Source: a virus
Lineage: Duplodnaviria > Heunggongvirae > Uroviricota > Caudoviricetes
Virus record (IMG/VR): IMGVR_UViG_3300017650_000009
Length of the DNA: 36,492 nucleotides
Reading direction: 5' to 3' (one strand)
Part shown: in pieces, positions 36,160-36,492 of the stretch
How positions within the stretch are numbered: the stretch's first letter is position 1
Layout of the letters: each line of letters begins with the position of its first letter
The notes under the pieces: generated by a model
Told to the model about the DNA's origin: nothing
What the model saw: the letters and a program-made list of their open reading frames with translations, nothing else
The model's database searches: none
Position numbers and translations under genes: made by a program

Positions 36160-36164
36160 GCTGT

Positions 36165-36491
36165 TTAGTGTCGGGTGTTGATCTTGCCCTTTGCCATATC
36201 CGAGTAGTAGAAGCTGACCAGATCCTGCTTCAGCGTTGGGCAAAAAGTTGCGCGCATTGCTTCGTTCTGTACCGGCATGTAAACATCGCCACCATCACGT
36301 CGCGAACCAGTCTTTTCGTCCCACTTGTTCATTGCATCTTCGCGGCCCATCACGCCCGGGTAAGTCTTGAAACGCAGCTTGCCGTTGCGACGACCCCAGA
36401 ATGCAACCAGTGAGTTGTTGATTGTTGCCAGGCCCCAAACCTTGTCGTTCTGTGCAGAACCGCCGCGATTACCACGAGCACCTTCGTTGTA
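36165..36491 (-). CDS. WGR-domain-like protein, 5' end outside window
   Basis: Frame open to the window edge: YNEG...NDKVWG...LVAFWGRRNGKLRFK...A..KWDEK. Confidence 0.7.
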   Translation of the reverse strand, partial: YNEGARGNRGGSAQNDKVWGLATINNSLVAFWGRRNGKLRFKTYPGVMGREDAMNKWDEKTGSRRDGGDVYMPVQNEAMRATFCPTLKQDLVSFYYSDMAKGKINTRH

Positions 36492-36492
36492 A

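Noticed and set aside
36046-36243. 65 aa minus-strand ORF over the small structured RNA
   Set aside because: TTG start inside the WGR-like gene, no RBS; the region is better explained by RNA structure.

Overview
This window is a 36.5 kb segment of a large lytic myophage genome distantly related to the T4 superfamily (AT-rich, standard genetic code). It carries a baseplate block (gp5-, gp27-, gp53-, gp48/54-, gp26- and gp51-like), the late sigma factor gp55, a GT-A glycosyltransferase, the gp47/gp46 recombination nuclease, a Holliday-junction resolvase, RNase H, a tape-measure-like protein and the head block (portal gp20, core protein, protease gp21, scaffold gp22, major capsid gp23). Structural genes follow TAAATA/TATAAATA late promoters. 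Short, mostly antisense accessory genes are interspersed, many with their own sigma70-type promoter and a stereotyped AGGAGATCGAA ribosome-binding site. The promoter form weakly suggests an alphaproteobacterial host. The main unexplained signals are: (1) a ~1 kb gene-free locus at 13.4-14.45 kb made of a promoter, a ~450-550 nt highly structured RNA-like segment, a C-free AT-rich tract and GAA-triloop hairpin domains, next to RNase H (candidate large ncRNA or RNA-primed origin); (2) a small protein with predicted ubiquitin-like topology ending in -RGG, translationally coupled to a 410 aa Cys-containing partner; (3) a compact structured RNA with a twister-sister/T-loop-type GUGCAAGUC hairpin near 36.1 kb; (4) at least 74 consecutive glycines in the gp5-like protein; (5) a terminase-ATPase paralogue with degenerate catalytic motifs. 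All product calls come from motif recognition and synteny by eye; no database search or folding program was run.
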